A stretch of 64,000 nucleotides of DNA, taken from positions 69,690,001-69,754,000 of the forward strand of contig NC_087437.1 of the NCBI RefSeq assembly GCF_036321535.1. Reading direction: 5' to 3'. Of this stretch, positions 24,470-37,637 are shown one piece after another. Numbering within the stretch: position 1 is the first letter of the stretch; each line of letters opens with the position of its first letter. The stretch comes from Camelus dromedarius (lineage: Eukaryota). Under the pieces are notes generated by a model that was given only the letters and a program-made list of their open reading frames with translations, was not told the origin of the DNA and did not search any database. Made by a program: the position numbers and the translations under genes.

Positions 24470-27400
24470 TTGCAATAATGTCACTAGGAAGTTTTTGTTG
24501 TTTGTTTTTCTGTACACACTCAGTTGGAAAAAATCTAGAAATACTGTGGTCAGGAGAAATGGCTCTATCTTCTTTTAAGTTTAGATGAGTCTTTAATAAA
24601 AAAAATATTTTTGGAGAAAAACCAATTTAGGTGAGATTTTTCCTTGAAATGTAGTATTAAAAGCCATTTTAAAACTGCTCAAGATCCAACTCCACTTATT
24701 AAAAATCAGCCACAAACTATTGTGTATTTGGCCTTCAGATTCTCATTTAGGACTCCCACTGACTTCAGTCTGTAAGTGTGATGGACGGGATGCAGCTATA
24801 CTACAAAGGCTGCATCAGTGTGAAGTTTAAAATTCATATCTCTGTTTACTTGTCTCCAAAAACCAAACATCAGTGTTCTTTGCTTTAGCTGGAGACATCA
24901 ATATCTCAAGACACTTGAGAAGATACTTATTAAGAAATGTACTTACCTGTTTCACTCCTGACATTGAGGATTCCATAGATAGGGGGCAAAAACATAGCCT
25001 CAGCTATGAATTTGCGATTTTGACAAATCTCAGGTGACCTGGTTAAACAGAACAACATACACTTAACAAGAGGTTTTCTGGGGATTCGAAAAGAGAAAAT
25101 GATATAATTGGATTAGAGAAAGTGAGCAACTATAAATTTGCATTTAAAGTATCTTTTCTTCCTATGCCACCCAGAAGAAGAACAGCGCTAGTGATATATT
25201 TCAAAAAATAAATAAAATGATACCTATAGGCCGAGACAGAGGAAGTGGAGGGGGGATGGAGTAGGCTCTGTGGTAGCCTGTTTCACACAAGTACGAAAGA
25301 GAGAGAGAAAGAGAAAGGGAAGGAGAGAGAAAGAAAATATGTGAGGAGAAGAGAGAGCCTGGTCTAGATCAGATATAGTAGGGATACTGCTGGTCAGCTC
25401 GTGGGGGTAAAAGGTCTCAGTCCCTAAAATACCACTGCTACACAAAAGCCCACTTAAAGGACTCTACCCAGGAAAATTAAGAAATATCAAGAATCTTATA
25501 GGATTTCTGTTTGTAAACTAAGACTCAAGAAATTGGGCAAGTGTTTCACGATCACATTGCCCTTGATGATTTTACAGAAGTCACCCTCCCTTATCTATTT
25601 GGGAAGCGCTCGGGGCCAGGATTAATGATGCGCGCCTCCTTCCGGTGGGCACACGCCACCCCTGCAGAGCAGCTGACCCAGGCACCAGCTCTGCCTTGAG
25701 CAGCACAGAGACAGCGCACGCCTCAGCATTCACCTTGCAATCGCTTTCCCACCTTATGGGAAGCTTAGGAGGTGTTGTACTTAGAGAAGAATAGAACACA
25801 AAGGATCACTGGGCTTTGAGGTGAAGAGAAGCTATTAAAATCGCCCCAAATTAGTGAATCTACTGCCCTATTTCTTAGACCTAAGGCCCAAGTGCGGACA
25901 TTTTAAGGGGGAAGCTCTGCTCCTTACATAACAGGAATGGTAGTTGCCCCATGCCTGCCCTGCCGCCAGGATTTGGGTTTGGGAGATGTGTCGTTACAGC
26001 TTCAAAGCTTGGGAATGCAGATCCTTGGGAATGAGGCCCTATGGTAGCCAATTTTCCACTGGCAAGAAATTGAGAGAGGGAGAGAGAGAGAGAGAGAGAA
26101 AGAGAAGGCAGGGGAGAGAAAGGGAAGATAAAGGAAAAAAGAAAGTGCATGTGTGAATAGATTGCCCATCACCTTGATTCAAAGTACATCGGTTTAATGG
26201 GAAGAAGGAAGACACTATTGGTGGCGGTACTTTTCCACAGAACAGGGTCAGGAGGGGAGAGATGCTGGGAGGAGCAGCCGCAGCCAGCCCCCTTGACAGA
26301 GAGCGCTATGTGGGCAGCGGGGTGCTCTGCTGACCCAGCCAGTCTAGAGCAGACAAGGCAGCTGGTGAGCTGCTGCCAGCCAGAGGCAGCAGCAGGTAGA
26401 AACCCAGAGCCAGAGCCCCCGAAGAGTTCACGATTATCCAGCTTCATTGGTGCATCAGCACATTTTCAGTGTCCACCGCAGTGACATGTGCTGACTTTGT
26501 ACACAGTGTCAGTTTGCGGTCACCGATACATCCTGTCCTCCACCACATACATACATATGCTTCTTCACTTTCTATGCAAATATTGATCTCCAAAGGGGTC
26601 AAAATAATTGAATGAGAGTGCAAGAATGCATTGTATTCACAGAGATTTTCCCTGAGCCAGTGGAAGCATTCCTTCCTCATTTGTCTTGTTCTCCATGCAG
26701 TCTAGCATTCTGTTTGTTATGGATCCATAGTCCTTTAGTCCATATATCCAAGTAATGCCTTTTAAATCTTTTTCTTCATCCCAGGCAAAATGTACATTAC
26801 ATTATTTTTCTTGAACGCATTAATCCGATGGTACAATGTGTATGGGCAAGGATTCAGCTCCTTAGTTTCTGTCAGATGTGGGAATATACATCCCATGGGT
26901 GAAGACTTGGATTTTGGTGATGCCAAGAGAAGTTCCATTGTCATAACATAACAAATTCCTTGTATCCACACTGATGACTGCAAGGCACCCACAAAGGAAA
27001 CCTATCTTGTTTTGTTGCTTACATTGAGTTATTTTTAAAGCAACAGTTAGGGAGGAAGAAGAAGGGAGGTGATTTCAATGTCATTACTTCTTGTCAAGTG
27101 AGTATGTACAAGGTGCTCTGCGCATGTGCTGGACACAACATACATGACCCCGTTTAATCATCAGGACAACCTCACTAAGTATTCATATTCCTCTGTTATA
27201 CAAAGAGGTTAAGTAACTAGTGCAACTAAGTAATGCTGCTGGGATTTTAATTCAGGTAATCTCCTTTCAGGCTCCAGGCTCTAGACTAACACATTGTCTA
27301 GACTTGTACATGTGGGGAAAATGTTAGAGGTAAATTTTGTAGTTTAGAGGCAAACTTCTTTCTCCTTTTCTCCCACAGTGAGGTCTTTTCGCTGACTAGA

Positions 27401-29894
27401 CATTGTTATCTCCCTTCCCACCCCCGAGCTCCACTCCTGCCACCTCCCACTTCCATTTCCATCCCCCTCATCAGCCTGGGTCCACTCCATTAGTCGGACC
27501 GTTGGCTTATCTGTAGCACACTGAGATTTTGAGCACATGTTCCAGCCTGGTGCTCAGCTTTTGACCCTAAGAGGGGAATAGTCAACATGTTAAAGAAGGA
27601 CAGTCGTATGGATCAGTTACCTTCTACTTTAGAGAAACGTGAGGCTTGGTCAGGTGTTTTGAGGCTACCGAGTACAGTGAATAAAAATACAAAGAAATCT
27701 GCTCTGTGCCACACCACATCAGTGTGTAGGAGGTTTTTAAATTTTTTTTTTAAGTTTAAAAAATCATGAACTTATAAACCTACAGTTGATTCAATCTCAA
27801 GTACTACCTAAGCAACCCAGCCCTGGAGAGAGCCCTTAAAATGAGGGCCTCCCCGCTTCTTCAGAAGCCAATTTAAGTCATTATCTTTAGGACCCAGAAC
27901 TTAAACATACAACTCTTGATGATGCTAGTTAAGACTTGGCAAAGCCTCTTAACCAGCTACTTCTGGATGCCACATAATAAAGCAGTTTGAGCACTTATGT
28001 GAACCCTATGTACGTGTAGTTTGAAAGACTGGCTTCCAAATCCTTATAAGGGTTCTCTGCGGATACAGTAGGAAATAGATGGGCAGCAAGACTCATTTTT
28101 GTTTTAAAAGCAGGCGATAAATATGCCTACTTCCAGAAAGAACATTGAACACCTGCAATACCCATTGGAAAATAAAGGAAAACCAAATGTAAGTTAACAA
28201 ATTACCTCTATAGACACACTCTAACCTCAACTCCAGCTTGTGTCATTTAGGTGCTTTTAATTCAGAGAGGTTTCTTGTGATGCGTTAATGCCAATTTAAC
28301 ATTTTTTTTTAATGTTTTTCACCGTATCCCAGCAGAATCAGCCGGTAACACCCCCACCCTATTTAGCAGATAAGAAACTAAAGCGCAGAATTAAGACTTA
28401 CTAAGAGCCACAGCAGATAGTATAGGGGTCAACCTCAGCGTTCTGTTCCTAAAACCTCCCAGTCGGTTGCTAAGCTATATTGACCTCCTCGAATATTAGC
28501 AGCCAAAGGACAGGGCACACAGCACCAAGGTTGCTGGTCTCCCCTACTTTGAATATCAAAAGTTGGAAATATCTTTTTTTATTTTAAGTGGTATTTACTT
28601 CACTTTATACTCTTACCAGAGCCCACAAACCCTGACATAAAATACAGCGAAATGATGGTGGAAGAATAAAGATAAAAAGCTGGGATGGGGAAGCATCGGA
28701 GGAATAAGTCAATCGGATGGAATTAAGAGAACGAGAGGAACTAATGGGGTGTGATGGGGCTAAGATGATGATGACAGGGTGGGGCTAAGACGGTAATAAT
28801 AAGCTGGGAAGCCGTTGAAGAGGCAATGAGAGGAGGGTGGGTGAGATGGCTTAGCAATATAAATGGTCTTGTCTAAATGAGGACAGAGTGCATTTACCCA
28901 GCTGCAAACAGTGTGATGAGAAAATACTAAGCTGAATCACTTAAACAGTCTGAATAATAATAGTAATAATAAAAATAAAATAGGATAGAGTATAATACAG
29001 GACAGTGGTCTCCAACTGCTATATAAATACTGAGAGCAGTTTTAACTATCTATTTTCAAAGTGGAAACTTAATACCAAATAACCAGTGGAGGTTTAAAAC
29101 ATTTTTTTTCCCTTGACACTTGTGTAACTAAGATACAATTTTTCAATGTGCTATTGACTAGCTCCATCTTAATGCACTTAAGAAACTTTGGCATTTAAGC
29201 CATAACTTTCATCTAGAAAGCTCATTCTGCAAGGAAACGTCCTGTCCAGGTACACGGAGTGCCCAAATTCCAGGCAAAATCTACTCTTCTGAGCTTATGA
29301 TACGAGACGGCAGGCAGATCAGAATGGAATATGCACCTGTCCTTTTCATTTTATGGTGTGGTTTTGATTTTTGTTGATTTTCATTTGCCATTGGTCTTCA
29401 ACCAAGCTACTGGGAGGAATGTAGAGAAGTATGCTTGGCTAAAGCTGATATGAGCTGCAGGGCTTAGAGAGAGGAACAGAGTCCTTAGCTGCCATAGGTC
29501 CATCTGTCATCAGTGAAGGAGCCCATAACCAGGGCCGAGACGCATGAACTGAAGTTGATCACTACTAATTTAAACACTCTCAACCCCACACCCCTCCAAG
29601 AAATATATACTTTTGGTGGGTTTTCCAGAAGAAGGTAGGGTCCTGTTTGTAGGGTCACCCCTACTCTAGCTAATTTTTTTTAAAGGCTCTGGATTTAAAA
29701 TTTTCCCAATAGCTCTCTGATAATTTACTGCTGGCAGGAAGGACAGAGAAACGCTTTATGGGAGATGTGATCCTATAGGCATGAGAATCCGTCTGTTTTA
29801 TAATTGCCTGAGTAGCTAAACATGAATAAGGTGTATCTATATCTATATCTATTTTATAAATTCTCTGTGACGCTTACTATTTTTTCCCCTTTAG

Positions 29895-29930
29895 AGCGTG
29901 TTTTACCCACAATCCCCCACCCCATTCAAG
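29895..29930 (+). CDS. LSAMP: LSAMP alternative 36-nt microexon, stalk insert (K)RVLPTIPHPIQ
   Basis: ttttttcccctttag|AG...CAAG|gtcagt; 36 nt, phase 1-1, stop-free and in frame with exon 6. The peptide matches the first part of the 23-aa insert I recall from long LSAMP isoforms. Confidence 0.9.
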
Positions 29931-32900
29931 GTCAGTATGATTTTTATCGTTGTAGCTCTGTTGCTGGGTCATTCTCCATCACCTATAATGGGCAAAACCC
30001 ACAAAGGGAAACACGTTTACAAAATTCACGGACAATAGGAATCATTTTTTTTTTCTTTAAACCTTCCTCCAAAGGTCAATCAATTGCCCTCACCCTAGTT
30101 GAGAGGCAGGTAACAGGTCCCAGTAATTGGGGAGACAATGCTAAACTCAGAAAGCAATTTTTGTTCAGTTAGTATTTATTGCAGGTAACCATGAATTCAC
30201 ATATTTGAAACACAGCCAGTTAAAGTCTGTAGCTCATAAAAATATGACTCCTCTAACTGACCACCCATGCATTTGTAGGCTTATACAATCCAAATCTGAG
30301 GTCACTGGTATTGCTTGTAAAAATGAATTTATCTACTACCAAAGGTTGAACTAAACCACAGCGGACATTACTTTTTCTTAAAATCCTGGTCTATTTGGGG
30401 GCTTTTCCTTTTCAACATAACTATTTTAGAAAACACAAATGAAAAAACAAAGTAGTCATTCTGTATTCCCTATCATAGAACTTTCTACACACTCAAATTA
30501 AATTTTGCCTCCTACATCACATTAAGATGCAAGTTGCAGCCCCAACTTTCTGGCTTAAGGCTATTTAAAGGCAAATTGGCAAATAAAATTAAAACAATAC
30601 AAAAAAAATCTGAAATAAAACCAACCCTACCAATGAAATTAAGTTCAAGAAAAGTGATTTGCAAGTGACACTCAAAGACCTGAGAAAAAATGGAAGTAGG
30701 CCATGTGGGGCCTAGTGTGGAAAAAAATAAATCCAATTATACAAGATTATTGTATACACTATAAGGGAAATGCGCTCAGAATTAAAGGTAGAAAGCTGCT
30801 GTTTTATAAGTTTGGAGACAGATCGTGTTTCATTAACACTTGTCCAAACTAAAAATTAGGCCAGAATGGGGTGTAGATATGCAGAGTGTCAATAATATAA
30901 TGTTTTGCATATGTATACATTCACGTATATGCAAACTTATTTTAATTATATTAGAAATAAGAAGTGCAAGGTTTCAAGGATGAACTCGACAGCTTAATAA
31001 AAGTTATTCTCAAATTTTAAGTAGGGCCCAAACTATTTTTAGAAGAACTCTGTTGAATAAAATTCTTCCCTGAAACATTGATGAAATCTGTTACTTATCC
31101 CCGCCACTAAAAATAAGACTGTTAAAATGTGCCTGTTTTTCAGACTTGACATGAAACTTAGTGTTCATGGAAAGTATCCTATTTTGAATTCCTGACATGC
31201 CACAATTATTTTAAGACATTTATCTTCTGGTGTTGCTGCAGAGATTGACACCATTTTATCATGTTGACATCTTGCAGAGATCTTGATGTGACAAACACAC
31301 ACACATACACATTTGTACCCAGTGGATAGCATTTTGAAAGAGGTCGTGCTCCATCCAAGATGAGCTTTGTAGAGTGTCACTGTGACTCAGGGTGTCCTTT
31401 GTGAGAGCAGTTCTGCAGCCACAACTCAAATATTTTATCTGATCAGTCTTTATGAAATGTAAGACACTGAACAAAATGAAGCCAGACACACTGTTCACAA
31501 AGGACAGCTGTTTGATATTGAAAAACAGTCTGGATCAGGACAGAGCATGTGGGGTTTTGTTGAACTTGATATTTTTCCACAAACAGAATTGTTGATTGGA
31601 GAATGACCCTCGTTTGGTTTTGTGTTGTAGATAGACTGTAGATAGCTTCCTTAGAGCCAATAGTTTTAGAGAATATAGTTTCTCTTACTACTAATACTGA
31701 GGGCTTCTGCTAGTAGAAATTGAAAAGCTGTTCATGGAGACTTGGGGGTAGCTGGTGTGAGAGGTTATTATAGAAAGACAGTGCCCTCTCAACTTCCCTG
31801 TTTCTCACGAGGACTTTAACTTTCTAGAATCAAAACTCTTTTCTCCTCTTCTTTCCAATCAAGTTGGCAACCCATGTGAAATGCAGTTTCTTATGGAAAA
31901 AAAAAACTTTCAACATATGGAATCCTTAACCTTTTTCATAGTGCCCCTGGAGTACCAAAACATCTAAAATGCCTGCTTCACTGTGGTCATAACTAAAGCA
32001 TGAAACACTTTCACTTAATTAAATAGTATATATTGTCAACATCTATGTAGAATCCTACCATTCTACCCTGAAGTGTTAAGGTGTCTATAGGCAGTTGGTT
32101 GATGCAAATGGCTTGAAGGATTTTTGAGCCAATTAATTTCCTTAAGGTGTTTTGAAAATCCCAAGGCTCCTCTTCTGTCCTCCCATCATAAAAAAAGAGA
32201 GAAAGAGAGAACTTTTCTACTTTCCATTAACAGAAACGCAAGTTTAATCTCAGCTGCTTCACTGTTAATATCTCTCATTGGCGGGTCACCCCTCCTACCC
32301 CCACTCTACGGCTCATCAAGCTGACTGGGGATAAACAGCAGAATCGCAGCAGGAATGCCGTCTAAACCCCTTCAAGCTGTGATTAAACAAAAACAAGGCT
32401 CAATAAATCAAATGTTTTTCCCTTGGGTTTCCTTCATCATATTGCTTGATTTTCTGCAGTGATAATAATAATACTGGAATTACACCAAAGGATAATTTAC
32501 ATTGTCTGTGGCCAATCAGAAATTTTCAAATGTCCTTTCCTTTTATGCCAAAAACAAAACCAAACCAACCAAACAAAATAAACCACCATGCTTCCCTGCT
32601 GCCTAATTTAAAAGATATACATATATATAAGTAAATAAAACAAATAGTGTTCCATTTTTTATGTTTCTGATAGGTGTTTTTTTCCCCATTAATTTTAATT
32701 TAGGTTTATTTATTCTGATATGAGTCCTGAATTGCATATATTTGCATAACTACCCCTGACTGTATCACTGCAGAAAATCCACTGAATTGTCAAAATGACG
32801 GAAGAGCCAGCTCTAAATGTCTGAGGGAAATTTTCTCACTTTGTTAAGCTCAAATCATTTCCTGAGGCCTTGGAATCCTAAGAAGTGGTAACACTGCGCC

Positions 32901-35900
32901 TGTCTCCTCCCCATAAGTTTACTTGTGCACTAGAGATGCTCTCACATTTAGGACCGCAGGTGCAGAATGAGGTGACAACACCCACCTCAGGAAGTTCAAA
33001 TGAAGGGAAAGAAGAGAAAAGGACAAGGACAAACCACCATTGTTGTGTGTTTATCACCTGCAAGTGAAGAATTCCCTTGAGCTCGGGGCTTTCTGGCCAC
33101 AATCAGCCCATCCTCTGATTACTGCCACTTTAAAAAAAAAAAATTAACAGCCCTGGAATCTGTCTCCCTTGTTTGCCTCGCATCTGATTATTTATCCCCA
33201 GTGAACAGCCTTTCCATTCACTAACCCCGTGTGGCGAATGGGTTTGGGAAATGTTGAGATTATCTTCCAAGTTCAGGCACTGCACTAGGTTTGTTCACAG
33301 CTGCTTGCCATTCCGTTCCTGTTTCTCCATTGATAAAACACATTGCACATGGCTGGGTTTGCATGATTAATACAGCTGTCTAAAGCTCTCTATGAAAACA
33401 AATCAACCCCCCCCCCCAAATTAAAGTTTGAAAAAAATTAAAACCCAACCCACAAACTAACCAGGCTTGCAGAAATCTGCAGTCCACCTGGCTTGCTTCC
33501 CCCTGCAGGGAGATTGGTGCTGCTGTGGGTGGGCCAGCATCAGAACAGCCAGACAGAGGAAGCGATGCACCCGCCCTCACCTGGCACTCCCAGAAATGGG
33601 TTCTCCAATCAGATTCCACTGGGATGGGAGGAAAACTGGGAGAAAAATCCTAAAAATACCCCATGCTGTGAAGATGACCAGACAACCCTTTCAGCCTCAT
33701 CTATTTCTGTAGGCTATTATCCCAGGTATCAATGAGAAAATGCTTGTTTTCAGCTCCTTATCATGACAGCAGTTTCATCTTACCTACTAATGATTGTAAT
33801 ATTATTAATAGTAATAATAATAATGGTAATAATAATAGCAGCTAACATAAAGAGTGGGCATCTCATGAACCAAGTATCGCACGTATAAATCCAATTAATC
33901 TCCAGAACCCTAAGAAACTAACATGCACCTTCTCCCACACTCTCCACCATCACAGTACACTCAGATTCCAGTCTATTCCTTGTGTGCACCCAGGCACAGA
34001 CATAACTCTATGGTACATTATAAATAACCATTATGTATGCATTGATGCTCATTAGATACATATTAGATATATTTGTCTAATGAATTTTAAATACTTATCT
34101 AATTTATTTTATGTATTTTATGTACCTATGTTTATAATATATAATATTCAGTTACCTTAATGTCCATACACTTTTACAAAGTCCACTTCCACGTGTGCTC
34201 AACACGTGGACATGTATGCCCAGCTCATACAGAGATTTATATGAAAGCACTCATCTTTCAGAAACACAAGCCGAGCTATCTGGCATCAGCACATCTAATT
34301 TCACACACTTATTCAGGCTGATTTACATACACACCTCTATTAATCATGGATAATTACTAACATTCTTCTCTTTAATTCAGTTTTTCCAACTGTGAAATGG
34401 GAAAGAAATTACATTTTTCATGCCTGCAAGCTCAAAGTGGTGTTTTAAATAATATATAAAAGAGAGCTTCAAGTTCCTAGAAAGAAAACCTGCTGAGTTC
34501 AAAACAATCATATTCAGATACACAGATGTCTTAATTTTCCAAGGTGCTTATATTTAAAGGTGTACTTGTATCACGTTGCCTGGATATTAGTTAGCTAAAA
34601 GTTTGGTGTGGCTTCATCATAGTTTGACATATTTGGGATTCTAGGGATGTCTGAAATGCCCAGACTGCTAACAAGTGTAAATACAGAAGTATGCCAAGGC
34701 CAAATGCAGAAGACTTTCCCTTGTTTTTTAGCACCATCATAGTATTACACTTAAGGGGCACTGCAGGCAGCCCCATTCCCTACTGTGGGGCGCACACTCA
34801 CACACTCACACGCTTGCAGTGGATGCCCATATGCACATTACCACCTGTCACACTAACCCATAAGTATCAACCTCAAGAACCTCCCCTTTTTCCTGCTCAA
34901 AGATGTAAAGCATGTCCTAGGGAAGGCTTCAGTGTTTAAGTACATTGCTCCTTCCCCACTAGCCAGCAGAAACCAGGGACTTGTTTTTGTTGATAGAAGC
35001 TAGGCAGTCCTGTCAGCACAAAGTTACACCAAAATCATGGGCCCTGATTAATCCACATGAAGATAATTGAGAGCTGACATTAATACCTGATAACCATCTC
35101 CCAACTCCTTTAATGGCAATAAGAATCAGACTTCCTCCCGATTTATCCCAAGTCAGGTAGTCAGTCAATACCTCACCCAGAACCAGTACTTCACCTGCTA
35201 GTCCAATGATTTAGACTCCACCGTAATAGGTGGTCCAAACCACTGAATTAGACCCAGTTGTACCAAGCACTTCTGTCCACTGACTCTACTTCTGTGTGTT
35301 ACTTTTCTCACCTTTTCATTCTTCCTTCTGCTCTGTTTCCTAAACAGTTCTTTTGCCCTCCCTGTTAAAATGTTCTATCAAGAATAAATCTGAAATTTAT
35401 TCACACGATTATTCAAATGTCCAACAGAGGCTTGGAAGTGTTACCTCTCTCAGAATTTACATTTAGCTTCAAGCTAAACGGCTAAAAACCCTACAGCATC
35501 AATTTAAAGGTAAGGGAATCTTTAGTCCTGGGACTGTTTTTAATGCCTTTTCCTATTTTCCTAGTCTGGGTCTGCCTGCACCAGTCAGCCTTTCCTGGTG
35601 ATCCCCCGTACGTATGCCTTGCTGTGCTATTTAGATTTCTGGAGCCAGCAGAGATCTGAAGATGAATTTTTTTTTTTAAATCCAAGCTCCCACTAAATTT
35701 TAATTTGATGGAAATATTTCTGTTCTATGAGCTTTCTGGGGAAAAAATATCTTTCAAAGTAACAATTACATTTGGGGATTAAGTTTAAGTAATTGACAGT
35801 CTTGTCTTTTTAATTAAAAGGAATAAAGCTCCCTAAGAAGAGCTCAGTGAGATTTGCGGCAGAAGATGTTGGCAGGTGCCCCAAAGGGTGAGAAGACCAG

Positions 35901-36400
35901 GATCCTGAACGGACAGAAAATGCTGATGCGGGTCCCCCTGGCCTTCACAGCACACCCCCAGCAGGGCTCGCCTTGGTATTTGCATCAGGGTGGCGTTTAG
36001 CAGGAGGGTACAGATCTGCTGTAGGGCACATTACGGGGTGTAGCCAGGAAGGAGGTGCTTTCTCTGGGACCTTTGCTCCAAGTTCAGAGACTTTACACTG
36101 ACCAAGAGTTCTTAAAGGAAGTGGCCCTACTTAAAAGTCAAAAAGAAAGAATACGTTTTCTTCCAAGAATTCAATCGTACTGCAGTCTCAGCCCCTGACA
36201 AATTTCCTACTATAGCCCTGCAAAAATATGATCTTTCATTTTAGCCTGTCCGTAGGCTCTCTCTTTCCTTTTCACCTGAAATTTTTTTCTTGTTATCTGA
36301 ATTTCTTGATTTTCTCTTTCTCTAACTTTTCTACCATATTCACCTTGCATTATGTTTACAGTTTATCCTTGACATCTTTCGAATAAAACCAAAGAAAAAA

Positions 36401-36525
36401 TTTTTTTTTAATTTTTTACTGAAGCATAGTTGACTTACAATGTTAGTTTTAGGTGTACGGCAAAGTGATTCAGTTATACATATATATAGTATATACATAT
36501 ATATAGTATATATATACATATATAC
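36401..36525 (-). mobile_element. Short L1 3'-end fragment running into a TA-rich repeat
   Basis: T tail then actgaagcatagttgacttacaatgttagttttaggtgtacggcaaagtgattcagttatacat, homologous to the fragment at 117-414. Confidence 0.75.
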
Positions 36526-37459
36526 TAAAGAAAAGGTTTTGATAGTATTACCATTCACTTCTAAACACTAGCCATGCATGCACCACACAGCCATTATCCC
36601 ATCTATCTAGAGGAAACATCTGCTTCTGAAGAGGCAAGATACAAATTAACGTTAGTAACAACTTCCCTTGTACAGTCACTCTGTCCCCATAATGGTCTTT
36701 CATCATCACAAGTCATTTGTACTAAACAAGCACTTCCTTAGGGAGGAAAAATCAGCTTAAGTGGTCCCACCTCACATCTCCCCTTGTCTACTGCTGTGAA
36801 GAAACTCCCCTGCCAAGTAAGAGCACAGCTTGTCACAGTGGGCTTGGAATTCCTGTATAAGGTGTTCACTTGTACACAGATATGGGACGGGGGTAGGCAG
36901 ACCACTCACTAGGACTCCACTAAGAACTGTCAGCTTATATCCACTGCAAGTTAGTGGGGAGAGAGACCTTGCAATTGGATCATGACTCCTAATTGGACCC
37001 TGGGGGGCTGAGCACCATCATAGTTTAGTGCACTGTTTTACTTATCACAATGCTGGTCGTGAAAGAAAACACTTCCCACGTCTCTGTAACACATGTGTAC
37101 CTAGACATGACCACTAACAGAGTGTCTTTATTATAAATCACAGCTATCAGTCCATTCTGCTTTATCTGTGCCATACTCACATGGGACATGCTTACTTCAC
37201 CACTCACCTTCTAAACCTTGCATTTGCAGTAGGATTTTTAAAAACTGCTAAGAGGACATTGAGGACATTGTCTGAGTAACATCCTGTGATTTAAAAAAAA
37301 AGCAGTAAGAGATGGCTGTGCCTTGGCTGAGCGGCCATCCTGAGTACCATCCCATCCTCCAGCCCACACATCACCAGGCATTCCCAGCCATGTTCTCTGT
37401 TGGAAAGTCGCTTGGCCATTCTGATTATATGTGTGGATGTTTGGAGGGCAGAAACAGCT

Positions 37460-37637
37460 AAGGAAAAAAAGAGAGAGAGAGAGAGAGAAAAAGAAAGATA
37501 AAGGAGGGGGAGAAAGAAAAGAGAAGAAAAGGGAAGGAAGAAAGGAAGGAAGGCAGGAAGAAAGAGAAAGAAAAAAGAAAGAAAGAAAGAGAGAGAAGGA
37601 AGGAAGGAAGGAAGGGAGGGAGGGAGGGAGGGAGGGA
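37460..37637. repeat. Polypurine low-complexity tract (GA/GAAA/GGAA/GGGA)
   Basis: About 178 nt, nearly all purines on +, ending in (GGGA)6. Confidence 0.95.

Noticed and set aside
24128..24588. Poly-Asn, poly-Leu and poly-Tyr ORFs
   Set aside because: Translations of the (TAT)22 microsatellite.
25700..25718. RE1-like gcagcacagagacagcgc
   Set aside because: Half-site spacing is 1 nt short and both halves are imperfect.
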